55,593 nt of DNA from a virus (Duplodnaviria > Caudoviricetes): the IMG/VR virus record IMGVR_UViG_3300048835_001002, positions 1 to 55,593 of that record. One strand, written 5' to 3'. The notes under the pieces are model-generated. The model searched no databases, was not told the DNA's origin, and worked only from the letters and a program-made list of their open reading frames with translations. A program made the translations under genes and the position numbers. How positions within the stretch are numbered: position 1 is the stretch's first letter; each line of letters opens with the position of its first letter. Positions 40,003-48,348 of this stretch are shown in pieces.

Positions 40003-40110
40003 ATGTCTGACTTTGATATTCCCAAGGAAAAGCCGCTTTCCGATGAACCCTTTCAGGGATACCCACCCCCCGGCGATCTGCCGATCGTCAAGATTGGAGT
40101 CCTCTTATGA
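40003..40110 (+). CDS. Small hypothetical protein (35 aa)
   Basis: GGAG RBS; stop overlaps the next ATG. Confidence 0.4.
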   Translation: MSDFDIPKEKPLSDEPFQGYPPPGDLPIVKIGVLL

Positions 40111-40400
40111 TGTTCTGTTCCGTATGCAGGGAGGAGGTTCCAGGGTGGCTACACGACTGCTATCTGGAGCTTGATTGCCGCGAGCATGGGCTTCAAAAGT
40201 GGGAAGTTGTGCGTGGGTCTTCTCCCGTTGAGGCAGCGATCACCTATGCAGAGCTGCTGGATAAGCGTCAGGGCTGCGACCCAAGGAACCGGATTATTGA
40301 TGCAGCATTTATAGCGGATGAAGAAGACTTCTATGTTTACGAGATCCGGTTTGATGGCGAGGAATACCTGGCCATTCCAAAGTTTAAGCCGGACACCTGA
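40107..40400 (+). CDS. Hypothetical protein
   Basis: Acidic ORF with N-terminal CxxC, in the + strand operon. Confidence 0.6.
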   Translation: MMFCSVCREEVPGWLHDCYLELDCREHGLQKWEVVRGSSPVEAAITYAELLDKRQGCDPRNRIIDAAFIADEEDFYVYEIRFDGEEYLAIPKFKPDT

Positions 40401-40439
40401 GTCTACAGTTTTCCAATCAACCAGCAAGGGGGCTTTACC

Positions 40440-40700
40440 ATGTCCATGTTTGCCGAACTGATCAAAGAGTGGATGAGCGGACACCCATCACGCTCTCCCG
40501 CAGCGCTCCATCGCGTTACCGGAGTCTCGAAGCCTCAGATTGGGCGCATCCTGAAGGGGAAGACGCCAACCATCGATGAGGCTCTGCGGCTTGGGGCAGT
40601 GCTTCCGGCCGGGAAGGTTCTGAAGTTCATGAACGAGCACTACCCTTGCTGGCAGATTTTCATTTCCAAGGTGATGTCAACCGGGAACGTCGCCGCCTGA
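40440..40700 (+). CDS. Cro-like HTH protein
   Basis: SPAALHRVTGVSKPQIGRILKGKTPT. Confidence 0.75.
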   Translation: MSMFAELIKEWMSGHPSRSPAALHRVTGVSKPQIGRILKGKTPTIDEALRLGAVLPAGKVLKFMNEHYPCWQIFISKVMSTGNVAA

Positions 40701-40941
40701 AATTTGAGTAACTGGCAGTTACTAAATCGACTTTCACGTCAGCGATTTTCTTTGAATCCAAAAAACGGGAACTGTATATTCCCGAATGTGGGCGACGCCG
40801 AAAACTTGAGCCGGCGGCCGCTTCAGGGCCTCCCCTTTGAGTCTGTTTGGGGAGGTCCTTTCCGCAAGGTTGCTAATGAAGGAGAAACCAGTGAACAAGC
40901 TGAACGACAAAAAACTGGAGCCCCGCGTGGGCACCTTTCTT

Positions 40942-40981
40942 AGCACCTGGCGTCCCGGGGAGATTCCCCGGGGTGCTTTTT
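40942..40981 (+). terminator. Intrinsic terminator-like hairpin
   Basis: CCCGGGGA-gat-TCCCCGGG stem inside an outer AGCAC/GTGCT stem, followed by a T run. Confidence 0.6.
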
Positions 40982-41053
40982 ATCCCGAGGACTGATGCGC
41001 TACTTCATTATCTTTTCTGAAAGCATCCCTGTCCCTCGGAACATGGACCATGG

Positions 41054-41278
41054 ATGCATCACTACCGCGTTACTATCCCCTACATTGATGCTGTCGATGA
41101 ACCCATCGAAGCCGAATCCGCAGCGCGAGCCGCGCTCAAACTTCTAAACAACCAGCGAGTCCTTGAGTTGATCGAAACGGGCGACGAGATCGAAGCCGTT
41201 GTCGAGACTGACCTCGGGACCAAGTTCGTGTTCAACGCCACCGCAAACATTTCCTTTCACCTCCAGAGGGTCGGCTGA
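41054..41278 (+). CDS. Hypothetical protein
   Basis: 74 aa, coupled to the RecE-like gene (TGATG). Confidence 0.6.
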   Translation: MHHYRVTIPYIDAVDEPIEAESAARAALKLLNNQRVLELIETGDEIEAVVETDLGTKFVFNATANISFHLQRVG

Positions 41279-42150
41279 TGCAGCCCGGTATTTATCCGGA
41301 TCTCGACATTGCGAAGTATCACAAGGGCGTCGGCGTATCGAAGACGAGCCTCTGCAAGCTCGATCGCGCTCCGAAGGTCTTTCGTGACTATCTCGATAAT
41401 CCAGGCTCCGGGAAAAAGTCCCGCTCGCTAACGACGGGCAGCATTTTTCATCTGGCCATGGAGGGTGCCTTTGAGCGTGATTGTCGCGTGAGCCCCGAGG
41501 TTCCTGACAAACGCTCTAAGGAATGGAAGGATTTCGTGAAGGCGCATCCGAACCATTTCTGCGTGACGCCGGCTGAGGCCCAGACTGTCATGAACATGCG
41601 CTCGGCCATGCTCGCATCCGAGGCTGCCCGCGAATATCTCACCCGCCCGGGGCGCTTTGAGGTGTCCTACTATTGGCTGCATATGCTCACGGGCACTCTT
41701 TGCAAGTGCCGACCGGATTGGATCTCGGCCGACCAGTCGGTCGTGATCGATTTCAAGACGGCGGCCGACGTGACAGAAGAGCGCTTCGTCCGCGATGCCT
41801 TGCGCTATCACTACCATGTTTCTGCGGCCCTTACGGTTGATGGGATACATACCATAACCGGAATCCGCCCCCGATACATCTTCCTCGCCATTGAACCCCA
41901 TTCGCCCCACCTCACCTCCGCCTTTGAGGCTACGGCGGACGATCTGCGGCTAGGACGCAGCTTCATCCGTCGTAACCTCGCCCTCCTGAGGCGCTGCGAA
42001 GAAAACGGGGCTTGGCCGGGACTCTCCGAAGAAATCCGGGCGCTGGATGTCCAGCGCTTCCTCCGAAATACCGCTGATCAGGATCTCGACGACGATAACG
42101 ACGTCGATGCTGACGTCAGTGATCAGTTGCCAGCCAACTACTGGGAGTAA
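41278..42150 (+). CDS. RecE/ExoVIII-like PD-(D/E)XK exonuclease (DUF3799-like)
   Basis: GVSKTSL, GSIFH, CKCRPDW, VIDFKT, YHYHVSAA, WPG. Confidence 0.88.
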   Translation: MQPGIYPDLDIAKYHKGVGVSKTSLCKLDRAPKVFRDYLDNPGSGKKSRSLTTGSIFHLAMEGAFERDCRVSPEVPDKRSKEWKDFVKAHPNHFCVTPAEAQTVMNMRSAMLASEAAREYLTRPGRFEVSYYWLHMLTGTLCKCRPDWISADQSVVIDFKTAADVTEERFVRDALRYHYHVSAALTVDGIHTITGIRPRYIFLAIEPHSPHLTSAFEATADDLRLGRSFIRRNLALLRRCEENGAWPGLSEEIRALDVQRFLRNTADQDLDDDNDVDADVSDQLPANYWE

Positions 42151-42156
42151 TCCGAA

Positions 42157-43098
42157 TTGAGTTTGAAACTGCGGGCTGCTGAACGAAAAAAGGTTTTCGT
42201 CAAGGCTGGCCTGACCGCTCCAAGCGGCCATGGAAAAACCTTCTCCGCGCTCCTGATCGGGCGCGGCCTCGCCAGCGCCTGGCAGAAGGTCTGTATCATC
42301 GACAGTGAAGGCTCCGGCGACAAGTATGCCGGCCACAGGGCGCTGGGGCCATACCAGGTGATCAACCTCTTTGAAAACGAGCGCGATCCCGATCGCTTCT
42401 CGCCGGCCCGCTGGGTCGATGCGATCCATATCGCCGAAGAGAACGGCATGGAGGTCGTCATCCTCGATTCGGCCAGCCATGAATGGCAGTGGTGCCTTGA
42501 ACTGAAAGAGAAGATGGGCAAGTCCATCCACGACTGGAAGCTGATCACGCCGCACCACAATAAGTTCATCCGCGCCGTCAACCAATGCAAGATGCACGTC
42601 ATCGTCTGCACCCGCCGCAAGGTCGAGTACATACTCCACGAATCAGGCGGAAAAAAGACGGTGGAAAAGGCCGGTATGAAATCCGAGATGCGCGAAGGCT
42701 TCGAGTATGAACTCGACGTGAATATCAGCCTTGATCGCGGCCACCTGGCAACGATCGAAAAGGATCGCGCCGGCATCTTCCACGATCGGGCTCCGTTCGT
42801 GCCGACACAGTTCACAGGCCGCGAGCTACTCGCGTGGTCACGCGCCGAGGATTTAAAGCCGGAAAGCGAGCGGCAATCCGTGACGAGCAACGCGCCGATC
42901 TCGATTCACGATCCGCGGATCCACGAGTGGATTCAAAAGCAGCTTGATCAGCTCAAAGTGCCGGAATCGGAGTGGCCGGCGATCATGAAAATGCTCCACG
43001 GCTGTCCGCGAAATGAGCTGCGGTCACGCCTGGATGAGGCGGCCGCTGCGCTGGTCCTTCCTGTGGATGGAAGTAATGTCTTTGAGGTTCCTTCATGA
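42157..43098 (+). CDS. Sak4-like AAA ATPase recombinase
   Basis: APSGHGKTFSAL, IIDSEGS, VILDSASHEW, GFEYELD, KDRAGIF. Confidence 0.85.
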   Translation: MSLKLRAAERKKVFVKAGLTAPSGHGKTFSALLIGRGLASAWQKVCIIDSEGSGDKYAGHRALGPYQVINLFENERDPDRFSPARWVDAIHIAEENGMEVVILDSASHEWQWCLELKEKMGKSIHDWKLITPHHNKFIRAVNQCKMHVIVCTRRKVEYILHESGGKKTVEKAGMKSEMREGFEYELDVNISLDRGHLATIEKDRAGIFHDRAPFVPTQFTGRELLAWSRAEDLKPESERQSVTSNAPISIHDPRIHEWIQKQLDQLKVPESEWPAIMKMLHGCPRNELRSRLDEAAAALVLPVDGSNVFEVPS

Positions 43099-43193
43099 GT
43101 TTCCTTGTTTTTCTCTGCCTTTTCCCCTTCGCCATCTTTGCAGCCGGATTTTTCTTTGGCTCGCTTTTCACACGGAGTGATCTCAATAAATGA
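43095..43193 (+). CDS. 32-aa single-TM peptide
   Basis: MSFLVFLCLFPFAIFAAGFFFGSLFTRSDLNK; ATGA overlaps with both neighbours. Confidence 0.6.
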   Translation: MSFLVFLCLFPFAIFAAGFFFGSLFTRSDLNK

Positions 43194-43831
43194 TGCGTAC
43201 CAATCCCGCCGACCGTGACCCTCTTTCAGTTCACGGCCACCTCTCCCGCATTCTCTGTCTTCTTGCTGATGATGATGACAAGGTGTTCAATCGCTCACTG
43301 TCCTGGGCACTCACTGCCGCTGAGTCCGGCGCCCGCGTGAAGCGCAAGGGCTGGCCCGAAGGACAGTATCTCATCATGCACCAGGGTATTCCGGACGGCT
43401 CGCGCGGACGTCTTAACCTGACTCCGTCCCTCCTCCGTGCCACGGCGATCTTCCCAGGCAAAAAGCGGCTGATTCTCGTCAAAGACGGCCAGGCCTCGAT
43501 CTTCTGCGGCAGCGCCCTGCTCGATGAAGGCGAGATCGCGGCTGATTGGGGTTATGCCGAGGTTAGCCGCAGCTTTCAGTGGGCCTATGATCAGATGAAA
43601 GCAGGCAAGCGTGTGCGGCGCCGCTGTTGGCCAGAGAGCAGCTTTCTATGTGTGGCAAAGGGGTTTGAGATCGAACGCCTGAAATGCGGCCGCTCGCTAA
43701 GCGACACGCTTCGGAAAAAGGTCGCGGTCGACCCGACGGTTACGGTGCTTGCGCTTGTTCAGGAGGGAATGATCAGCGAACTCCACGATTATCCACTGTC
43801 GAGCTGCGACTGGAAACTGGTGAACCCATGA
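43190..43831 (+). CDS. Tandem DUF2829 / Tad2-like domain protein
   Basis: Two copies of W-A-x(5)-G-x-RV-x-R-x-x-W...DW (SWALTAAESGARVKRKGW...AADW; QWAYDQMKAGKRVRRRCW...SCDW). Confidence 0.65.
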   Translation: MMRTNPADRDPLSVHGHLSRILCLLADDDDKVFNRSLSWALTAAESGARVKRKGWPEGQYLIMHQGIPDGSRGRLNLTPSLLRATAIFPGKKRLILVKDGQASIFCGSALLDEGEIAADWGYAEVSRSFQWAYDQMKAGKRVRRRCWPESSFLCVAKGFEIERLKCGRSLSDTLRKKVAVDPTVTVLALVQEGMISELHDYPLSSCDWKLVNP

Positions 43832-44259
43832 GCAGCATAAACTCTGTTATTCTCGTCGGCCGCCTCGGCCGCGATCCTGAGCTTAAGCATACGCAGGGCG
43901 GTCACGCCTTTACGCGCCTTGGTCTTGCAACAAGCGAAGGCTGGACGGATGACGAGGGCCAGCGTCAGGAAAAAACCGAATGGCACCAGGTCATGGTCTG
44001 GAAAAAGCCGGCCGAGTATGTCGCCAAATATGGAAAAAAAGGCTCGCTTCTCTTTGTCCGCGGTCATCTGGAAACGCACTCCTGGGAAGACCAAGCCGGG
44101 GTGAAACGATACCAGACGGATATTGTTGCAGAGAAGCTGAAGCTTATCGACTGGCAGCGCGAGGAAAGTCCAGGGGCTGATGCACGACCGCGCGGCGGAA
44201 AGCCTGTCAACATTCAGGGCGAGTTCGGAAGCGCTGACAATGGAGAAATTCCATTCTGA
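43828..44259 (+). CDS. ssb: Single-stranded DNA-binding protein
   Basis: INSVILVGRLGRDPE, KTEWH, acidic EIPF C-terminus. Confidence 0.95.
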   Translation: MSSINSVILVGRLGRDPELKHTQGGHAFTRLGLATSEGWTDDEGQRQEKTEWHQVMVWKKPAEYVAKYGKKGSLLFVRGHLETHSWEDQAGVKRYQTDIVAEKLKLIDWQREESPGADARPRGGKPVNIQGEFGSADNGEIPF

Positions 44260-44888
44260 TGGTGCCCAGCCGACGCTTCCCGGCCGGACACCCTAAATCC
44301 CATGAGGGTGACAAGTCCATCAAGTTTATCATACCGATTGAGCCGGCAGGCAAGAAAGAGGCCCGGCGAAACCTGAACGGCCAGGTATTCAAGCATCCCG
44401 ATACCCGGCGCCTGATGAAGTCCATCGCTGCTTTCGTCCAGAGACTATATTCCGGCAAACCAATTGATGGTCCGCTTCGTGTCCGTATCCGCGCATTCAG
44501 AACAAGGCCTAAATCAAAGCGAAGGGAGATCTATGCCGACACCAAACCTGACGCTGACAATCTTCAAAAGCTGATTGGCGACGCACTGGAAGGCATACTC
44601 TGGACCAACGATTCCCGCATTGTCGATGTCAGGTGTCTGAAGCTGTTCGCGCCGAGAGGAATATCTGGATGGATCGAAATCACGGTCGACGAGATCCAGC
44701 AAAGAAGCCTGAGAAGCCATTGGCTTCATCAGAAGTATTGGAGAAACCATGGATCTGAATCAGGAGACGCTGCAGTCTCTCGCCGTCGGCGCATCGGGCG
44801 GCATTCCGCTCACGCTGCTGCTCTTAAGTTCCGTCCGCTCACTCAAGGACAGCTTCAACAATCTGTCGACCCGCCTTTTGAAGCTTGA
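44259..44888 (+). CDS. rusA: RusA-family Holliday junction resolvase
   Basis: TKPDADNLQKLIGDALEGILWTNDSRIV. Confidence 0.9.
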   Translation: MVPSRRFPAGHPKSHEGDKSIKFIIPIEPAGKKEARRNLNGQVFKHPDTRRLMKSIAAFVQRLYSGKPIDGPLRVRIRAFRTRPKSKRREIYADTKPDADNLQKLIGDALEGILWTNDSRIVDVRCLKLFAPRGISGWIEITVDEIQQRSLRSHWLHQKYWRNHGSESGDAAVSRRRRIGRHSAHAAALKFRPLTQGQLQQSVDPPFEA

Positions 44889-44988
44889 AGTTATTTTCGA
44901 GGCGACCTGCCGCGATGCCGTTCAAAAGCTGACATCGCGTGTGGAAGATCTCGAAACCGAAATTGAAAAACTAAAGGATAAGACATGA
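44749..44988 (+). CDS. Holin-like TM plus coiled-coil protein
   Basis: One TM segment then heptads; GGAG RBS; upstream of the endolysin. Confidence 0.5.
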   Translation: MDLNQETLQSLAVGASGGIPLTLLLLSSVRSLKDSFNNLSTRLLKLEVIFEATCRDAVQKLTSRVEDLETEIEKLKDKT

Positions 44989-45305
44989 GATTGACGTTTG
45001 ACCAGATTGCTGAGGAGGCGAAAGCCTACGCGAACCTGACTTCTGACCAGCTCGATGGCATGGCGACGGAGACGCTTCACGAGCAGCTCTCGCTTCGCCT
45101 TGTCGCCGAGGAGGAAGTGGGCGCCAGCAAACGGGCGCTCGCAGGTTCCGCCAATGAGCTTTTAAAGCGCATCCGCGCTGATGTCCTCTGCATCAATCGG
45201 GAGATCCGCCGCCGCCACGCGGCCGAAAAAGAGGAGAAAGCACAGAGTGAAAGGCTGAATCTTGAAGCTCTGCCTGAGCCTGTTGAAGTTGAAGCGGTCG
45301 GCTGA
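44985..45305 (+). CDS. Hypothetical protein
   Basis: Coupled helical ORF. Confidence 0.6.
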   Translation: MRLTFDQIAEEAKAYANLTSDQLDGMATETLHEQLSLRLVAEEEVGASKRALAGSANELLKRIRADVLCINREIRRRHAAEKEEKAQSERLNLEALPEPVEVEAVG

Positions 45306-45343
45306 TAGTCAGGCGATCCGTGTTGTACGAATTGGAGTTTTGA

Positions 45344-45628
45344 ATGTCTGCAGTTAAAGAAAAAGAGTTCGCTGATGTGCTGCTGCTTGTCGTGGCCATC
45401 GCAAAGTTTGTGAAGCGGGAGCTGGCTGGCGATGGTCTTCAGACCACCGATCTGATCAAACTCGCTGCTTCGCGTGAGTTCCAGTCGCGCTTCGTTGAGG
45501 CGATCGCAGGCGTGGGCGACATCCCAAAGGAGTTTTCGGGAATTACTGCCCTGGACGGCGTTGATCTGGCCATTTTTGCGCTGACAGCAGCCCGCGAAGT
45601 GATGTCAGATCAGGAGCGCGCGGCCTAA
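45344..45628 (+). CDS. Hypothetical protein (lysis cassette)
   Basis: GGAG RBS; TAATG coupling to the endolysin. Confidence 0.6.
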   Translation: MSAVKEKEFADVLLLVVAIAKFVKRELAGDGLQTTDLIKLAASREFQSRFVEAIAGVGDIPKEFSGITALDGVDLAIFALTAAREVMSDQERAA

Positions 45629-46125
45629 TGGACTTCCAGGCAGCCGTCAGGCTGGTCCTGGAGTTTGAAGGTGGGGGACGGGTTGTCTCCCACCCGAAAG
45701 ACCCGGGCGGGCTGACCAAATACGGAATTTCTCTCAAAGCGCATCCCGAACTCGGGCCAGCAGGGATCCGCAGCCTCACGGAAGAAGCCGCTATCGGTAT
45801 CTATCGGAAGGACTACTGGGAGGCGCTTGGGCTCAATCGCTTTCCACCAGAGCTGGCGCTCCCGCTCTTCGATGCTGCGGTCAACCTTGGGGTTGCGAAT
45901 GCCGCGAGAGTCTTTCAGAAGGCTTTGGGCCGTCTGGGCAGGGACCTTGTGGTCGATGGAGTTCTTGGTCCAAAGACGGTCGCAGCGTCGAAGCGTTATC
46001 CGCCACGCACTCTGCTCTCTGTCTTTCTCACCGAGCGGTTGGCTTACTATCGTAGGCTTGAAGCGTATGAAACATTTGGCTTTGGCTGGGATCGGCGTAT
46101 AATTGAGATCGCATTGGCTACATGA
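45628..46125 (+). CDS. Endolysin, glycoside hydrolase family 108
   Basis: EGGG..HPKDPGGLTKYGIS, FDAAVNLG, VDGVLGPKT, FGFGWDRR. Confidence 0.92.
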   Translation: MDFQAAVRLVLEFEGGGRVVSHPKDPGGLTKYGISLKAHPELGPAGIRSLTEEAAIGIYRKDYWEALGLNRFPPELALPLFDAAVNLGVANAARVFQKALGRLGRDLVVDGVLGPKTVAASKRYPPRTLLSVFLTERLAYYRRLEAYETFGFGWDRRIIEIALAT

Positions 46126-46132
46126 GGTCCGA

Positions 46133-46321
46133 ATGAACTCCGAATTGAAAAATCGCCTATTTGCCAGCGTGATCCAGGGTACCAAACCTGCTCCCATCGG
46201 CTTTCGCCAGCGAAAACGTTCACTGCTCTCTCTGGGCGGCATGATTACGGCCGTGGTCATGGCCATGGCGTTTATGGGGCTTTTCATGCTGCTCCTTTCC
46301 AAACTCCGGCCCCTGTTCTGA
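46133..46321 (+). CDS. Small membrane protein
   Basis: C-terminal hydrophobic helix; GAGG RBS. Confidence 0.55.
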   Translation: MNSELKNRLFASVIQGTKPAPIGFRQRKRSLLSLGGMITAVVMAMAFMGLFMLLLSKLRPLF

Positions 46322-46322
46322 G

Positions 46323-46565
46323 GTGTCCATGGCCCATCCAGGCCAGCTTCTGAAGTCCATCCGATTGAAGCATCGTCTGTCCATCCGAGATCTTGAACGC
46401 CTATCGGGGTATTCCCGTGGCTACATTCAGGATATCGAATCAAGCCGCCGCGTTCCCCGGATCTTCGCCGTGCGCTGCATTGCTGATGCGGTCACGGCTG
46501 ACGTTAAAGAGCGCACGCAACTGGTCCAGGCCTTCGCCGATGATCTGATGGGGGCTGTATGCTGA
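46323..46565 (+). CDS. XRE-family HTH protein
   Basis: LKSIRLKHRLSIRDLERLSGYSRGYIQDIESSRRVP. Confidence 0.85.
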   Translation: MSMAHPGQLLKSIRLKHRLSIRDLERLSGYSRGYIQDIESSRRVPRIFAVRCIADAVTADVKERTQLVQAFADDLMGAVC

Positions 46566-47137
46566 CCATTGCGGTAGCGGATGATGGCGATGGTTGGGTT
46601 AGGGAAAATTTCAGGAGCGAATCTCGCCGCGTTGCAGATGCTTTGAATCGGACTGCTGCGCTCGCGGTGGAAGAGATCCGGGCAGAGATGCCGCTGAAGT
46701 TCACCCTCCGAAACAGCTGGGTTCAAAAGGGTGTACGCTGGAATCGTGCGAATGCGAATGATCTCGAAGCCGAAGTCTACGACATCGACCCTTACATGCA
46801 AAAGCATGAGGACGGGCAGCACTATGAGCCGCAAGGCCATGTAGCGATTCCTTCGGCAGCAAGACCCACCAAGGGTTCCTCGATTCCGCGGAGCATGCTC
46901 CCCAATGCTCTTCGCGGCCGTTCCGATGTTTTTCGCTTCGATTTCTCAAAAAACTCCAGCTATAAGCCCTATCCGCTCAATGGGATTTTTCAGCGCGTTG
47001 GTGGCGGCAAATACTTCAAGGTTCTTTATCTCCTCAAGGACCAGAAGGATACGCGCTCCACCTGGAACTTCGCTGAAACTGTGGAGCGGGCTGTCGACAC
47101 TCACTTTCGCGGCAGCTTCGCCTCGGATTCAGATTAG
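46559..47137 (+). CDS. Putative gpZ-like neck / minor tail protein
   Basis: ALNRTA...MPLKFTL...YMQKHEDG...GIFQR...WNFAE pattern of phage gpZ-like proteins. Confidence 0.55.
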   Translation: MLTIAVADDGDGWVRENFRSESRRVADALNRTAALAVEEIRAEMPLKFTLRNSWVQKGVRWNRANANDLEAEVYDIDPYMQKHEDGQHYEPQGHVAIPSAARPTKGSSIPRSMLPNALRGRSDVFRFDFSKNSSYKPYPLNGIFQRVGGGKYFKVLYLLKDQKDTRSTWNFAETVERAVDTHFRGSFASDSD

Positions 47138-47161
47138 AAATTTTTGGAGATCATCAGGAGA

Positions 47162-48037
47162 ATGCTAATTGGCTTGGATCTTTTTTCGGGCTATGGCGGC
47201 ATCTCACTCGGACTCGCCGAGTGGGTCCGTCCCGCCCTTTACTGCGAAATCGAGCGTTACCCCCAGTCCATCCTGCTCTCCCGCATGGCCGATGGACAGC
47301 TGGCCCGGGCACCGATCTGGGACGACATCCGAACACTCAGCGGCCGCGGATGGCGAGGTGCGATCGACATCGTCTACGGCGGCTTTCCTTGCCAGGACAT
47401 CTCTCTTGCAGGAACTGGCCGCGGTCTGGACGGCGAGCGCTCGGGACTTTTCTTTGAAATCGTGCGGCTGGCCGAGGAAATCGAGCCCACGTTCGTATTT
47501 CTCGAAAACGTGCCCGCGATCCGGACTCGCGGTTTGGAGCGGGTTGTCGGGGAATTTTCCCGCCTCGGGTATGACTGTCGGTGGCGAACTCTTTCCGCTC
47601 AAGCTGTCGGAGCCCCGCACGTCCGAAACCGCTGGTTCCTGCTTGCTGCCCACCCCGACCGCCTCAAACGCTGGCACCAATCGCTCGCCAGGCAGCAGCA
47701 ATGTGCGTCCTTCGCTCCACCACATGGCGAGGCACAACCTGTGGCCGACGCCGACCGTTCACGGGAATTATCAGAACAAGCAGCAGGGCGGATCGCAGCT
47801 GATCGGACTGGCGACAGCGGTACGTCTCTGGCCGACGCCGCTCGCGCGGGACTGGAAGTATCCGGGCGGAAACCGAAAGACCATTCCGCTCAGTGGGCGC
47901 GTTGGTGGTCCTCTGAATCCGGAATTCGTAGAATGGCTCATGGGTGTTCCAATCGGGTGGACCGAATCAAAGCCCTGGGCAATGGGGTTGTGCCGGCGCA
48001 AGTCCGCGAAGCTTTCCGCAGCATGATTTTTGGATAA
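47162..48037 (+). CDS. C5 cytosine DNA methyltransferase, alpha subunit
   Basis: Motifs I DLFSGYGG, IV GGFPCQD, VI FLENV, VIII PHVRNRWF, X RIKALGNGVVP; motif IX missing in this frame. Confidence 0.92.
   Translation: MLIGLDLFSGYGGISLGLAEWVRPALYCEIERYPQSILLSRMADGQLARAPIWDDIRTLSGRGWRGAIDIVYGGFPCQDISLAGTGRGLDGERSGLFFEIVRLAEEIEPTFVFLENVPAIRTRGLERVVGEFSRLGYDCRWRTLSAQAVGAPHVRNRWFLLAAHPDRLKRWHQSLARQQQCASFAPPHGEAQPVADADRSRELSEQAAGRIAADRTGDSGTSLADAARAGLEVSGRKPKDHSAQWARWWSSESGIRRMAHGCSNRVDRIKALGNGVVPAQVREAFRSMIFG
47571..48026 (+). CDS. Overprinted methyltransferase beta subunit (alternative frame)
   Basis: Three (L/W)PTP repeats and motif IX-like LNPEFVEWLMGVPIGWT in the +1 frame. Confidence 0.7.
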   Translation: MTVGGELFPLKLSEPRTSETAGSCLLPTPTASNAGTNRSPGSSNVRPSLHHMARHNLWPTPTVHGNYQNKQQGGSQLIGLATAVRLWPTPLARDWKYPGGNRKTIPLSGRVGGPLNPEFVEWLMGVPIGWTESKPWAMGLCRRKSAKLSAA

Positions 48038-48318
48038 AAAATCTTAAAGTCGTATGCTCATGTGAAATAAGTGGTGGTTTCGAAACCCGGTCCAAGACCA
48101 TAGTACTGACCAAAATGTATCAAAAAGGTAGGATCGCTAAAAATAACCAGCCATCAATCCCGTGAAATGCAATCAATAGATTGGGATGGCGCAATGGTCA
48201 CCGCGCCATCCATTTAAAACAAGTCGACGCATTTATCAGGGCCAAGAAAAATGCGCCGCAACCAATGAACGTCCGAGCGCCCAGTAGGAAAGTAGGTAGC
48301 GATTTGGAAATAAGAGTT

Positions 48319-48337
48319 GGCCGTCTTAAAGACGGCC
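48319..48337 (-). terminator. Hairpin downstream of the 48349-49080 gene
   Basis: GGCCGTCT-taa-AGACGGCC just after the stop codon. Confidence 0.45.
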
Positions 48338-48348
48338 GCTTTCCATAA

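Larger units (their letters stand above)
1396..48037. mobile_element. Temperate phage-plasmid (lambda-like head, P2-like contractile tail, ParABS plus N15-type RepA)
   Basis: Head, tail and lysis modules together with plasmid partition and replication genes; no integrase seen; boundaries beyond this span are uncertain. Confidence 0.85.
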
